Shown: positions 37,323 to 53,849 of the stretch, in pieces
Layout of the letters: every line of letters starts with the position of its first letter
Position numbering within the stretch: position 1 is the first letter of the stretch
Source: the human T2T-CHM13v2.0 reference genome, Homo sapiens
DNA: 64,000 nt
Strand: one strand, 5' to 3'
Assembly (NCBI RefSeq): GCF_009914755.1
Contig: NC_060931.1
Program-made: the position numbers and the translations under genes
The notes under the pieces: model-generated
The model's input: the letters and a program-made list of their open reading frames with translations, nothing else
The model's database searches: none
What the model was told of the DNA's origin: nothing

Positions 37323-38163
37323 ATGCCTATTATATGCAACTCTTCTCTGAGTAGTGGGAACATATGAGAAAAGAAAGACGCCATGTCATCTAATAAGTTT
37401 TATTAACTGGATTGTGAACTCCTTGAAGAAAAGATTATTTTCTACTCATCTTCTAAAACGAGTACTAGCATAGTGATTGATTCATTGATGACACTCAAAA
37501 AAGTTAATAACAACATTTATTTGAGCATTCATTTAAATTATGAGTGTGGGATTTCTTCAAAGGACTTTCTTAAACGATGCTTTTGCTTCTGTTTATTTTT
37601 GAATCTAGAACTTTCTTACAACAGTTGGATGTTTCAGTGGTTAGTTTATTTTTATATTTCTAAAATTTAGTAATTCAGCAGGAAGGTTCTCTCAAGCTGC
37701 AGGAAGTTTTGCAGTTTAAGGCTATTCTGAGCTTTTCAACATGCTTTTTGTGATTTCTTACAATTACTTTGACCATTTCATTCAGCAGGGACTTTTGTAA
37801 AGTTAAGCTTTCTCTTTCATTCTCCTAACAATTACTCATCACTCCACGGTTTTTGCCTCATTTTTTCTTTTTCTTTCTTTTTTTTTTCCTTGCTTTTCTT
37901 TTTCTTTACTTTTTTGGTGGTTCAGACTTTTATATCTGTACTATATATTGATTTTTAAAGCCCTTTTTATTAGAACATAAAATCAGCATATTTTTAGAGA
38001 AGTGATTACACATGGGAAGGAGAGGAAAAGAAAAAAAAAGGATTAAGTTTTAAGAATTTAGCTCTATCTATGATAATTTCATTAAAAAAAATCCTAAAAC
38101 AAAAATGCCAATTCCTTAACTGTTGTTAAAGTTATATGTCGAATAAAGAAGTGAATATTTTCT

Positions 38164-38507
<344 letters not shown>

Positions 38508-40099
38508 TTATAATTAAATATGAAATAATAAAGCATTGTGTTTAAAAATTAGATAATCTAGAAAACATAATGGAAGTAAGGATTGGCCAGAATACTAACA
38601 CCCAGTGGTGATATCCCAAGTATGTATTAATAATAACCAGTGTGGCATGGGTACTGATCAGTCAGCAGGGATTTTAGATAACTTCTGCATGACTACATTC
38701 ATGCATACTTCCTGATGCCTGTTCTGCCAGCAGCCACTGGAAACTACTGCCCATATTTTGTTTGTACCTTTATGGACTTTTTTGTGCATACCTTTATTTT
38801 TTACATTACATATTTGAATATAGGCATGCTTATTTTTTTCAGAAATTCCAGCACGTGGTTTTTTTTAATAATAATTTTTATGGTTGTAGTTCTTCACTTA
38901 TCTATTGTTAGTATCTCCCACTGGATTCAAAACTTCAGAAAGTCAGGGCTCCAGTCTCTCCTGCTCACCATGATATATCTGGGACTTAGCCTAGTGCTTG
39001 TAATATGGAATACACAAAATATATATCATTAACTTTTTTAATATAAATAGATCTATAAGTACATTAGTATTTTTCTTGGTTGTATAGTATTCTATGTCCT
39101 GATATATCATAAATTATTGGATAATCTGTTGTTGGACATTTTGATTAATTTTTTTCTCCCTGTATTTCCCGGGAGACTTTCCTTGTGCTCTCTTTCATTG
39201 TGTAGATTTTTAAGGCAAAGAGAAAGAATAGAACTTAGAGGAGGCTGTTGAGAAAAATGAAGATGGTATTGTAACCTCTTTGAGATATAACAGCACATTA
39301 ACTGATTCCTTTGTGGTGATGGATGTATTAATACTTTAAAACAGTAAAATCTTTGAGGATTTCTCAAGTCAAATGACCTAAGATTGATCAATTCTAAGAA
39401 ATCTGAGAATGGCATAACCTCTGTGAAACTGGTCCTAGAAAGAACAACATAAAGGTAAAGCAATTGAGTCACCAAAAGTTTGTGATACTGTGAGTGACAG
39501 TATTGGAATTTATACCAGTCTTTTGGGTTTGTCCAGGGAACATGTAGCCAAGCAAAATAGCTTACAAGCAACGTTTTGTGAAATGAATCCAAGTTTCCTC
39601 ATTAACTTTAGCTTTCTATTGGGATGAAAGTTTAAAAATATTCAATTCTATTTTTAAAAATACTTTTCCAAGAGAGTATCGACAAGTCTGTTCAAAAGGT
39701 TTAAGGTATGCTGAAATCGATGTTCCTGTGGGAAGAGGGAGCTTTATGTTAGTACTTCCTGAACTTCTCAGCATGTTCCTTCTATATCCTCTCAGCTGTT
39801 GACCTTACAAGACAGTCTTTAAGTGTATACATTTGCTAGAAACGTCCTAAATCCACAAAATATGGTCTTGATTAATTTCATACATAAACATACTCTCATG
39901 TAGGATTAATTAATGTCTTCACTGTTAGAAAAAACAGATCCCAATATGTGACTAAGGACCAATGTGGGCAACACACAGTCCTGATTTACTTCAAGTTAAG
40001 CATCAAGATACAACAATAAAATCTCATATGGAAATATTGTAGATTACTTTACTGGAGAATGATTTGATTGGCAATGAACCCCTTAGTGCCTATAATAAT

Positions 40100-40464
40100 T
40101 GAATAAGTCTGTTCTCACACTGCAAATAAAGACATACCCAAAACTGGGTAATTTATAAAGAAAAAGAGGTTTAATGGACTTATAGCTCCACATGGCTAGG
40201 GAGGCCTCACACTCATGGTGGAAGGTGAAGGAAGAGCAAGGACACATTTTACATGGCAGCAGGCAAGAGAGTTTGTGTGTGGGAAGTGCCCTTTATAAAA
40301 CCATCAGATCTTGTGAGACTTATTCCCTATCACAAGAAGAGCACGGGAAAAGCCCGCCCCTATAATTCAATTACCTCCCACTCGGTCCCTCTCATGATAT
40401 GTGGGGATTATGGGAACTACAATCCAATATGAGATTTGGGTGGGGACACAGCCAAACCATATCA
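40100..40464 (-). mobile_element. THE1 (B/C-like) solo LTR
   Basis: tg...aataaagacataccc...catcagatcttgtgagac...gagatttgggtggggacacagccaaaccatatca; ~365 bp; 5-bp TSD-like ataat/atact. Confidence 0.92.
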
Positions 40465-40488
40465 ATACTTAAAAATACAGGAAGAGGT

Positions 40489-40828
<340 letters not shown>

Positions 40829-42554
40829 TTATTCCCTAAGAAGAGTGACTATGCAAATACTTATGGTGTTCAATGTTCAGTTATTATAGAAATATTCACG
40901 CCCTAAAGATTGCATTATAGCACACAAAAGCTGTCGCTGTCTCCTAGGAGTAGTGAAATGGCATCCTTAGGACATGGATAGAAACACAAATCTTGTTTGA
41001 GTGAAGGGATCTACAGTCCACAACAGCTATTACTCACTCACTAAACCAATTTCCAATATAATATATGCAATTAAAAAAGTCAAAGGTGGGATAATCTTAG
41101 TAAATATAACCAAAATGAAATCATATCACTACTGTGTACAAAAGTGTCATTAGTAAAACAATTGCAGGGAAAGGGAGTCCTTGAGGACTTCCTGGTGGCT
41201 AAAATTTCAATCAATCAAATGAGCTTTTCTTATATTCACTCAAGATAGACAGTCTAATCTAACTTTGATGTACATCAGGAACAGAACCATAAGTTATTGG
41301 TCTCCTTTAGTTTTGAATTTGATATCTTCCACTACCTAGATTTAGGTATCCATGAATGTAAATCATATGTTCCTGAAGGCCCTGGAGCACACGCAGAATT
41401 CACCTGGTAAATACTGCTAAATGTTTTCAGGGCCCTTCCATCCAGCTGGCGTGAAAATTCACCATCTGCTTTGAAACCAGATGAGCAAACAAAAGCACGT
41501 GTTGCTGACTTACATAATTCCTTCAAGGAGAAAAGAAGCCTTGGGCCCCTAAATGTCAAAGCTGCTTATTTCTCAGCTTAGTTGAGTGCAGACTCAGCAG
41601 AGCTGTGATGGAGATTTGAAGGTGAATGACTGCACAAGTCTGAAGCCAAGGGTCTGGGCAGAAGACAATGATTAAAAAAATACTTTTATCTAACCTTTGT
41701 TAAAATAAAACTCTCAGGAGAACAATGGTTTCCTTTCTAAATTAGCTTTGCTTATACCTACAAGGTACAAAGTACAGTGGCAATAGATTGATGACTGTAA
41801 ACTGACACTTAAATTTTTCATGCAGAAAATGGAATGATGAAAAAATATTAACGACTATTGCCATTGCTTCCCACATGTTAATCAACAAAGTCAAATCACG
41901 AGACACAATGTCTAAATGCTTTGTATTTCTATAGCTTCTTTTTATAATTCTGGATTTTGTTCAATATTTAAGTTATTCACTAGCATTCTCTGCTTGGGTT
42001 TTAAATTGCCCTTTAATTGTTAACTGATTATTGATGTTCACTGTGGCAGATATATTTTTAGCCTGTTCATAGACTCCCAATTAATAATTCTTTTTCCACT
42101 CCATGTAACAACAATGCAATTGTTTTAAAAATCAACCAATTCTGGTTTCTGGTCTAAGTTGGAAGAATTTAACAACTCATAAGTAATGATACTGTATTTC
42201 TATATAAAGTTTTCTTTATAAAAATTTTATAAAAAGTTACATTTTTATGAGAGTTATGGTTCTGTTGAGAGCAATAGATACAGACATTGGCTAAATTAAG
42301 GTAAAATGGAGCATGTTAGAAGGATGTGGCTAGATATGGGAAGCCTCACAGGAAAGAAGAGACAGAAAGCAAACTTGGAACAGGCAAAAACCAATCAGCT
42401 CTGGGTGGCCTCAGTAGCTCTGTAGTCATATCTGTGTTACAACCGTTGTCCCTGTGATAGTTCACTGAAGGTTTGAGGTGCTGGAAGAGAGTCAGAATTA
42501 TAATATTCAGGCTATACATCATTTTAGGGAAAAAAGGATTAAGAAGAAGCATCT

Positions 42555-42805
42555 CCCAGGGTCACCTGAGACAAATCTAATCTGCAACATGAAGGCAGCA
42601 CATCAGTAGTTGTCTGGAGCTGGAGGTTGGGTGGCATGGTTTTATCTGGGAAGAGGCACAAGGAATCCTTTGAAGTGATGGAAATGTACATCTTGATTAG
42701 GTTGATGGTTACACTGGTGTATAAATTTGTCAAACATTTTGGTAATGTAAACTTGGATAGATTTTGTTGTGTATAAAGTATACATCCACATAGTTGATTT
42801 TAAAA
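42555..42805 (+). mobile_element. Old L1 3' end (L1MC/ME-like)
   Basis: caaatctaatc...gaggcacaaggaatcctttgaagtgatggaaatgtacatcttgatt...atttgtcaaac. Confidence 0.7.
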
Positions 42806-43649
42806 AGACATCCAGAAATGTTGTACTTTGTAAATTATATTAAAATATACCTATAAGTAGTTTGACAATAACAATGAATAAACCAACTGTGTTCACCACA
42901 GCTCTAGAATAACAGAAATTGACTTTTGGCATGACAGTGTAAGGAGCTCCAGATAAAAACAGCAACCATTTGAAGCCTTGAGAAATGGTACTACGTACGA
43001 ATAGCAAATAAAATAGTATCTATTTGAGAAAATCTATAAAAAGCAGTAAAAAAAGGCAAGAGTCTATAGTATTTAAGTCCAAACTGCTCTCTTTTTTTCC
43101 CTTCCCAGATCGGTAAGGTGTAGAGATTTCACTAAAGATTACTGAAACCAAGAACACAGGACCCGCTCCCCCAGCCACTCCCCACCCTGCTTCTTTGCTC
43201 CCAGTTGGAGAGCTTTCTTTTTAGAAGGAGTAAGATGTCAGTATTTCTTATCTTACACATAGCTACCTACTGCAGAGGCTGAGTGTGGTTGAGAAGTAGA
43301 GGTCACCTTCATCTGCCCAATTCCCACCCATGCCACAGATATGTTTTGCTTTAGGTGTGGAATGCTGAGGATATGGGGTGGGGCCCTAATCATCTTTGAC
43401 TTGGCTTGTGAGGAGGCATGCTTCAGCACCAGAAGGGGTGAGCCAAGGGGACCTTAGGCTACCTCTGTACAGTTTTCCACCACCACACACTCAGCTTCTA
43501 GAGTGAGAGCAATATGTAGGGATATCACTCAGAGAAAAGTTTACCAACAAGCCATAAAAGAGCATCTAATTTCTTCCCAAAGGAACTAACTTCACTTGCA
43601 ACATATTTTGGAGAAGTTCAAGCTTGAACGAACTCTTAAGAACAGTGGA

Positions 43650-44135
<486 letters not shown>

Positions 44136-45180
44136 CTAATTTATGTTCTAGGGCATTGTTATAAAAAATAGAGATATCATTCAGCAATTAATGAAGTTGA
44201 ACAGATAGGTCCAGTAAGGGAAAGGGAAAAACAAAGCTCTACCAAAACCACTGTCATCCCAGAGTGACCGTGGGCATACCCAAAGCTGTGTCTCCCTAAA
44301 AAGTGACATCAGGGTTTAACACTGAAAGAATGGGTAGATTTCACTGAAATAACCCTGCAGCCTCTAAACAAATAAATAAGCAAATAATAACAAGCCCCTA
44401 GATGGCAGGAAGGGACAGTACCCAGAAATGCTACAATATGTTTTCTAAAATGTCCAGTTTTTATTAAAAAAGTATAAAAAATGCAAAGAAACAAGAAAGT
44501 ATAACAATACACCAGAGGTTTATAGAAAGAAGCAGGCAACAAACTCCCTGTGAGAGCACACACATAAAATTGTATTTGTCAGAAAAAGACTTTAAATTAA
44601 ACACTATAAACAAGATCATAGATCTAAAATAAATTAGTATTAAATAAACAAAAGTATGATCACAATGCCACCTCAAATACAGAATATCAATATGAAATAA
44701 AGAATTATAAAAAGAGTCAAATAAAAATGTTAGAGTTAAAAAATGCAGTAAGTGGGAAAAAATACACTAGAGGGGCTTAACAATAGATGTGAACAGACAG
44801 AAAAACAAACTTGAAGAGAGCTCAGTAAAGATTATGTGAGCCTAAAAACAGAGAGAATAAAAGAATGAAGAACAATAAAGACAATAAAGAAAGCCTCTAA
44901 GGAAACATTACGTGTAACAGGATACCAAAAGGGAGGAGAGAGAAAAGAGAAGAAAATATATTTAAAAAAATAATGGCTGAAAACTTCCTAAATCTATTAA
45001 AAAACCAATAATCTACATATCAAGGAAGCCCAACAAATTCCAAGGAGGGTAAAAATGAAGATCTTCACAAACAGACACATAAGAGTAAAAATGGTGAAAG
45101 TCAGACAAGGAGAAAATTGAAAGCAACAAGAGAAAAATGACTTACTACTTAGAATACCAACAAAATTAATAGCAGATTTT

Positions 45181-45489
45181 TTTCTTTTCTTTATTTTTTT
45201 CTTCTCTCTCTCTCTCTTTTGACAAAGTCTTGCTCTCTCACTCAGGCCACAGTGCAATGTTGTGATGAAGGCTCACTGCAGCCTTGGTCTCTCATGTTCA
45301 AGGGATCCTTCTCACTTCAGTCTCTTGAGTAGCTCGACCACAGACACATGCCACCATATCTAGCTATTTTTGGGGGAGACAGAGTCTCCCTGTGTTGCCC
45401 AAGCAGGTCTTGAACTCCTGGGTTCAAGCAATCCTCCCACCTTAGCCTCCTAAAATGCTAGGATTGCAAGTGTGAGCCATCACACTTGG
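45181..45489 (-). mobile_element. AluJ-like (old)
   Basis: ggctcactgcagcc, ttcaagcaatcctcccaccttagcc; TSD ttaatagc(a/t)gattt. Confidence 0.85.
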
Positions 45490-45612
45490 TTAATAGCTGA
45501 TTTCTCATCAGAAAAAAAACAAAAACAAAAAACAAAAAACGAAGCCAAAAGATAGTAGAATAATCAAAGTGCTCAAAGTAGAAACAAGCAAAATGAAAAT
45601 TCCAACTAAAAT

Positions 45613-45911
45613 TATTTTATTATTTTATTTTACTTTAAGTTCTGGGATACATGTGCAGAATGTGCAGGTTTGTTACATAGGTGTACATGTGCCATGGTAG
45701 TTTGCTGCACCTATCAACCCGTCATCTAGGCCTTAAGCCCCGCATGCATTAGGTATTTGTCCTAATGCTCTCCCTCCCCTTGCCCCCCACCCCCCAACAG
45801 GTCCCGGTGTGTGATGTTCCCCTCCCTGTGTCCATGTGTTCTCATTGTTCAACTCCCACTTATGAGTGAGAACATACGGTGTTTGGTTTTCTGTTCCTGT
45901 GTTAGTTTGCT
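45613..45911 (-). mobile_element. 5'-truncated L1PA8-10-like 3' end
   Basis: ctttaagttctgggatacatgtgcagaatg...catctagg..taagccccgcatgcattaggtatttgtcc. Confidence 0.9.
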
Positions 45912-45997
45912 TTGCTAAATGTAAGAATTTTATATTATATACCCAAAGGATTCTACTACAAAATTCTTATATTTAGCAAAGTTATATTTAAAAAATG

Positions 45998-47130
<1,133 letters not shown>

Positions 47131-47934
47131 AATTTATTTGAACCCAGTAACATCGTTCATATAACATTTAAAAACAGACTGTGAGGAACAGGGCTTATAA
47201 TCATCTTTTCTGGTCAGGTAGCCCTCCTTATCTCTTAGACTTATATCTGTATATTAAGGGAAAATTCAAGTATTGAGCCAACTACCTCAATCTCCTTCCT
47301 CTGAAGTGATAATGATGTTTTCTGTTTCTGTTTTCATCTTGACTCTAATTGGAATAAACATTTTTTCAAGGGCAAAGATTATTACATATTTTAAAACTTC
47401 TGTAGTTCAGTATGTTCATAGTACATTAAAAAATTTGTGTATCTATCTACAGGTATTAATCCTGTCTCTCAGAGTGAGTTCCCATTGCTAGCATGAAAAA
47501 CACAGACCACAAAAATTGAAATGGGTATTTCTATTCTCACTTCTCTCAAAAACAGAAATCTAAAACATATTAAGAGATTTTTCACAAGTCACATAACAAA
47601 TCTGAGGTTGAGCCATAGACCCCATGGCTTCTCCCATTTTGCCATAGTAATCACCCTTTCATTTAAAAGTAAATATAAAATCTGTATTATTACTCTAAGT
47701 TATTATAATATCAAATAAGTGATAATTAACCCTATGTATCAGAAACTGTTTTAGGCAACAACATTTTCCTCTAAATACCAACTGGAATTTTGTTATTAAA
47801 AATAGTCTCTAAGTTTCCTATCTGTCCTCATCCTAGTTGCAAAGTTTGGCTCAATGGAAAGCATCATATGACTCTCACAGGGCACTGGAAATGTGTATTT
47901 CATGGTGCTCCGCATTAAGCATCTACTAGCAAAG

Positions 47935-48095
47935 GAACATGGCTTGGAGTCATATACTTGAATATTCTATTCATACATCTGTGTGAATGCAGAAAGTCCT
48001 CTTGATCTTTACAAGCCTCATTTTCCTAGACTATAATGAAATTTTCTTATTTATTTCAAAAAGTTTAAACATGAAAACAATGTAAAAAAAATAAG
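47935..48095 (+). mobile_element. MIR fragment
   Basis: ggaacatggcttggagtca...aagcctcattttcct. Confidence 0.55.
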
Positions 48096-50311
48096 CGCTG
48101 ATGTTGTTAATACATTTCCCACAGCACCTGACTGTAAAGCATCATCTGCTTGGTGGGTCATTGCTAAATCCCTCCTTTCCCTTCCTGTCTATTTTCAATG
48201 TTTACTTTCACTTGTCTTCACAGAAGCCAGGATCATCTTCTGTGACATAACCTAGAGCATGCATGAACATTCATTATAAAGTGAAAAGCAGGGTTGTCTG
48301 TGATCAGTTCCCAAGGAATTCCATCCCCTGACTCAACAAGCATGAGACATGAGTCTTTTTCCCTCCAGTGGGAGGGCTACAACCATCCAGTCATCCTTGG
48401 GACATGTGATATTTGGGCAGTTTGCCTTTCCCAGCAATTTCCTAAAGATCTGCAGGATCCTTAACTCAGACAACCAGTTGCCTAGGTCAGACATCATAAG
48501 GCATTCTCAGGGTCAGCATGTGCATTAAAAACAAAAGAGCCGTCAAGGGGTGGGGTCTTCTCCTGGAGCATAGCAGCAGTGTGGCCTGTAGGCCCTGAGC
48601 CAAGCACAACTCTCTTGAGGAGTGGTGACCACCTGCTCCCTCATAGTCCCTTTCTTGCCTTGCAAAGTGTCCCAAAAGCTTATCTGAATCCCATACCCCA
48701 CCACGGTTAATTTCCTTACTTCTTAGTACCCACCTTACCATAATCCTTGGAAACAGACATCATGCCTTTTCCACTGTTTCTGCTTTTCTTTTTGTCCTCC
48801 AGTGCTTAACATGGCACGAGGCATATAGTAAACATGTAGTAAAGAGATTTAATGTATTAAACTATTAAGTTGCCAAGGAAGGACAGGAGGCCTAGAAAAC
48901 CTGAATTGTTCAGGTTTACATAGAGATCATTTTCTTTCTATAAGGAAAATAGAAAAGATAAGTCTCAGAATTAATGTGGTTCAGATGGGCAGAGGGAAAC
49001 CGGATAGGAGATAATAACAGAGGACTCGGAACAAATACTAATTATGTGTTCAGGGGAGGAAAAAAGGAACTCAATTAAGCCTTTTTGGATTCATGGACAA
49101 ACCAGAGAGAAATGCAGAGACAAACACAAGTTTAGGGCTGCCTTGCTGTGAACACTCACCCTGCCTGGATTTACCCTGGGTGTCTAGCCAGCTTCCCCAG
49201 CACTTTTCCTGCGTGAGGCTGTATTGATTGCACAGGTTAAGTAGGGTGTCTTATTATTTGTGTAGGTCAGGCTTTCCTGTTATAACTTGCAGTTCATTTT
49301 CATTTATTTTAAAAATCAGCAAAAGCAAAAACACCCAGCTGCTGCCTGGGGTGCTCTTCTGCTGAGATGAAGGTTAAGATTTATCAGCTACATTCCCTAT
49401 AACATTGTTTTGTCCAAGCAAACTCTCTCCCTCCTGTTTGCTTTAATTGTTGGAATAAATAGGGAGACATAAAGTAAAGGTAAATAGAGAGAAGCCAGTA
49501 ATCATATCCTTTGGCTTTTCATTAGTCTCTATAGGTGTTAGGCAGTCAGTCAATAAGTTTTGAGCAACCTATTACTGAATGCATCAATATATGCTAATAA
49601 CGGAATTTTTTGCCTCAGTTGGGTGCCATAAATATTGCTCACATCATAGTTCAATGTCTATTTGAGAATTACTACAATGATGCCTGCCATGAATAATTAA
49701 TGAGATGCCACGGAGTTAGAGCAAATGGCATTCTATCTACACATAGGCTCCAGTGTCATCAGTGGCTGGTAAGATCAACAGAAGGAGAATCACTGATATT
49801 TGTGTAACAGCAAAGCCAGAGTTGTCCCTTTGGTGGTAGACACTTCACTAGGCCTTTTAGACAAACACACCTTCTTAGCAGAGGTGTCAACCCATTGTGT
49901 GGCCTGTCCTCAGGATGTGTCACCCCTTTAAGTAGGTAGAACGTTCCTGTTAGCATTATTTACAATACTAATACCCAGGAAGTATTGGAAATGTGGGACA
50001 TTGCTAAGAGAGAACCGACTTTGAAAAATAAAGATGGATAATAAATAAGAGCATTTGGGTATGTTAGAAGAAAGTGTGTTCAAGAGTAAGTTTGCTCTAG
50101 CTTGGCTTCATCAAGTCAGCACCTCTAGGAACTTTGGCCATAGAAGAACCAAGGAAGGGGGCTAAAGCTGTAAATCTAATGATAAAAATTATAATGCAAA
50201 TCCCACCTTCAAGTTTACTAGTGGCTATCATGTTAAGTGATCCAATTTCAATACTGACAATGTGTTTGAAAGATATTTCAATTGCTCTAGTGCTCTAGAG
50301 ATTATTGCTTT

Positions 50312-50740
50312 GTGTACGTATATTATATATGTGTGTGTGTTTATATGTATACATACATATATAAATATGTATGTATATTTTTATATGTATATATACCCAA
50401 ATATATAAATATACCTATATGTGTACATATATGTGTACATATAGACATGTACACATATACACATACATGTATGACAGAGGTGTGTATATCACAGAGGTGT
50501 ATATGTGTATATATACATATATGTGTATGTATGTGTATATATACACATGTGTATGTATACACACGTGTATATATGTGTATATATACACGTGTATGTATAT
50601 ACACATGTGTATATATGCGTATACATATACATACATATATGCATGTATATGTACACATTTGTGTATATGTCTATGTATACACATACATATATTTATACAC
50701 AAAATATTTGTTTATACACACACACACACACACACACACA
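50312..50740. repeat. Compound (TA/TG/CA)n low-complexity tract ending in (CA)n
   Basis: Alternating purine-pyrimidine run; source of five spurious Y/I/C/V/H-rich ORFs. Confidence 0.95.
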
Positions 50741-51487
50741 GAAAAGGAGAAACAGGAGAAACACAGATAGACCCCTAAGCAAAGAGGGTTACAAAAATGT
50801 GATGGTACAGACTTATAAATAAGCAGGGAAAAGCTGACTTCTTTGTAAAACTCTCCATCTGATAGAACTCTTGGAATACTGCCTTTGAAAATATTAGAAT
50901 TTAAAAACTTTTGGCAATTCCTATGTTATCTTTAAAATCAATGTAAGTTTAACAATTGATACCACTTATTTTCCTCACCTGCCCATTTCACCATTCTTTA
51001 CTCTTCTGCTTTCTAGGAAGGAGGAGCACCCTAGGTCTAGAGTAGGGTTTCTCAGACTGGGTTCCTTGGAGAAGCCTCAGGGAGTCTGTGTACCATGCAA
51101 TGTTTTATGCAAGAGGTTATTTTTATTGTACTTTTGCAGTTTGTTTGAGGAGGCTGTCAGTCACTATGTTTCAATGTTAAGAGGTTTTAAGAGTGATAAT
51201 AAAAAAGAAGATCTTTTTTTTTTCTGCCAATCCATGGCCAATTCTTCTATCCATATAGTATTTTCCTTTGGGAATTTCTAATGTTCCAGCCTCCAACCTG
51301 AGGGATGGAGAATGGGTCCTGTTTGTTGGAGGGGATATAGATAGTATCACAAAAAGTTTGTCGTCTAATGTCATTTTAAGGATTTTATTTTCCCATATGT
51401 TCTATAGCTACAGAAAGCAGGCATTTTTCTATTTTTACCACTCACTCTGTGGCATTTTCATGTCAAGGTTATGAGGAATTGTCTAGT

Positions 51488-51488
<1 letters not shown>

Positions 51489-51527
<39 letters not shown>
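51489..51527. repeat. (TG)n microsatellite
   Basis: Pure dinucleotide run. Confidence 0.97.
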
Positions 51528-51528
<1 letters not shown>

Positions 51529-52841
51529 ATGGGGAAAAATAATATTTTCTAACTCTAGGGTCAACCTGGGTCTGCCTAAGGATCATCTCTCCATCTCCAC
51601 CTGCCATGGTGCGTAAGATTTACTAACTAACTCATGTTGGACCTGGAAAATCACCAGCAATTTCATTCATATAAATCATCTCAGTGTTTCATGGGGATGG
51701 AAAGGCAGAGTAGTAGATGGTCCAATAATTGATCCTATGATTTCCTGGAGCAAGCCTGAAGATTCCCCTGATTTGGCTTCAGTCTGTCTTAATTTTATTT
51801 CCTCAGTATACCTAGTCTGTCAGCTTCTTGTGGTCGTGAATATGTTCTCTTGTACCATTGTTGTATCTCCAAGGCCTGCAACACAAGAGGGCTCAGGATA
51901 GATTTATGCTGGTGCTACTGGTGTTTTGTTACCATTTTCAGAAACATTCTTATTCACCTGACCTCCTGAAGAAAATGCGTAAAATTTGCACATGAGATTA
52001 CTTTGGCTGGGTCCATGAGATAAACAGATGTTCCTGCCAGACAATTCACTCTGCATTAACATAAAGCCAGTGGGGAAAGAAAAATGAAATGTTTCATTAA
52101 GTTGTGGCAGCCTGCTCGTGTATTCATCAATTTATACTTTACTAAAAATGTCTGTTGGCTAATGTGTAGAGATGATCATAATAAATGTTAATCGCTTCTA
52201 GCAGTTTATCTTTCCAATCACGATCATCCCTTTGCTCTCATTCCAATTTCAATCAAAACACACAGATGTAGAGTTTATTGGGATGAGACAGGCTGGAGAT
52301 TTATAGTCAATGTACCTCCCAGCAATTAAGAGGACTTATCCAAACAACTCCCATCTAAGTTGATTGAAATCTAGGCCTATTTATCCTGAAAATTAGAAAT
52401 TTTTATAAAATAAAAACACAATTATACATTCTAAAAAGACCAGTCAAGTTAATATCTTGCATTTTGATTCAGACAGTAGCACTTGGGAACACATTGCTCT
52501 ACTGCTTTTCCTTGACATCTGGCACCCCATGATTCAGACATTTCCTTTTCAATTTAGCAGATCTGAAAAATCATATAGCAAAAAATATACATGTATATAT
52601 ATTTTAATATATATTAAAGGCTGAAGAATGCAACCTTAAAGCTGAACATCTATTTACAAAAAGTTGGTAGGATTGTAGAAAACTGCCTTTAAAAAATGAT
52701 TTAAGCTGAGTTTTAAAAGTTCAAAAATATACATTAGTAACTTTTTGAATAAATGTAAGGAAAGTAGATATATTTGTCAGTAGTTAAAATATTCGACTCT
52801 TCTTCTGGTGTCAGCACCCTTATTCTCCTCTTAAAATGATA

Positions 52842-53257
52842 TGCTACGGTTTGAATGTTTCCCCCAGCTTCCATGTGTTGGAAACCTAATCCCCATTGCA
52901 ACAGTGCTGAGAGGTAGGGCTTTTAACTGGTGATTAGTTCATGAGGTCTCTGCCCTCATGAACAGATTAATGGCATTATGCTGGGAGTTATCACAGGAGT
53001 GAATTATTAATAAGATAACTCTTTTCTGTATCATCCTAATGAAAAGTATGAATCTGGCCCACTTTCTCTCTTGCCTCATCTTGTGCTCTCCCGCTCTTCC
53101 ACCTTCAGCCATGCGATGGTGTGGCAAAAACAACCTTATCAGATGCTAGCACTTTGATGTGGGACTTTCCAGCCTCAGAACTGTGCAAATTTTATTTTCT
53201 TTGTAAATTATCCCACGTATGGCATTCTGTTGTAGCAACACAAAGAAGACTAAGACA
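52842..53257 (+). mobile_element. MST (B/C-like) solo LTR
   Basis: tgctacggtttgaatg...tgttggaaacctaatcccc...ggactttccagcctcagaactgtg...gactaagaca. Confidence 0.85.
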
Positions 53258-53689
53258 CCATCCCTCCATCTCTCCTAATTCTTGTGGTATTACTGGAGCT
53301 GCTTCCTTCTGTAACTACAAAGGTGAGTATATGACCTGACCTGGCAATCAGGGTAACACATTCCTCTGACTAGAGCAATTAGTTCATCCTTGGTTATGAC
53401 TAAACCATAGCTCAATGAGGCTCAGTTCTGGGTCTTTTTTGAACCTCTTAGTAGAGGAAAGCTGAGCTGCTGAAAAGAGATAATAATCTTAGAGTAACAA
53501 GCATTCATATTACAGTAAAAAAGAGACAATATAACAGTAGATTTAAACAAAGAATAATAGACCTGAGATTGAAAGACAAGTAATTGGAAATTTTATTGCA
53601 TCCCTGGATGCAGTCAGCCTTTAAACTAATATTCTAAAACTTTTTTTAAAAAGTATTGTTTAAAGTTTTATTTCTTAAAATCTATTATA

Positions 53690-53810
53690 TACAGTTCATA
53701 TATATAAAGTCTATAATAAAATTTATATTATATAAATTTATATAGTATATATACTATATATAGTATATAAATATATATAAGTATATATATACTGTATATA
53801 TAGTATATAA

Positions 53811-53848
<38 letters not shown>
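53690..53848. repeat. (TA)n-rich tract
   Basis: Direct inspection. Confidence 0.92.

Positions 53849-53849
<1 letters not shown>

Noticed and set aside
39107-39592. 161-aa minus-strand ORF in mostly unique DNA
   Set aside because: Non-ATG start, no recognisable domain, no convincing splice context; compatible with chance.
50312-50822. Five overlapping 95-152 aa ORFs
   Set aside because: Translations of alternating purine-pyrimidine microsatellite, which rarely contains stops.
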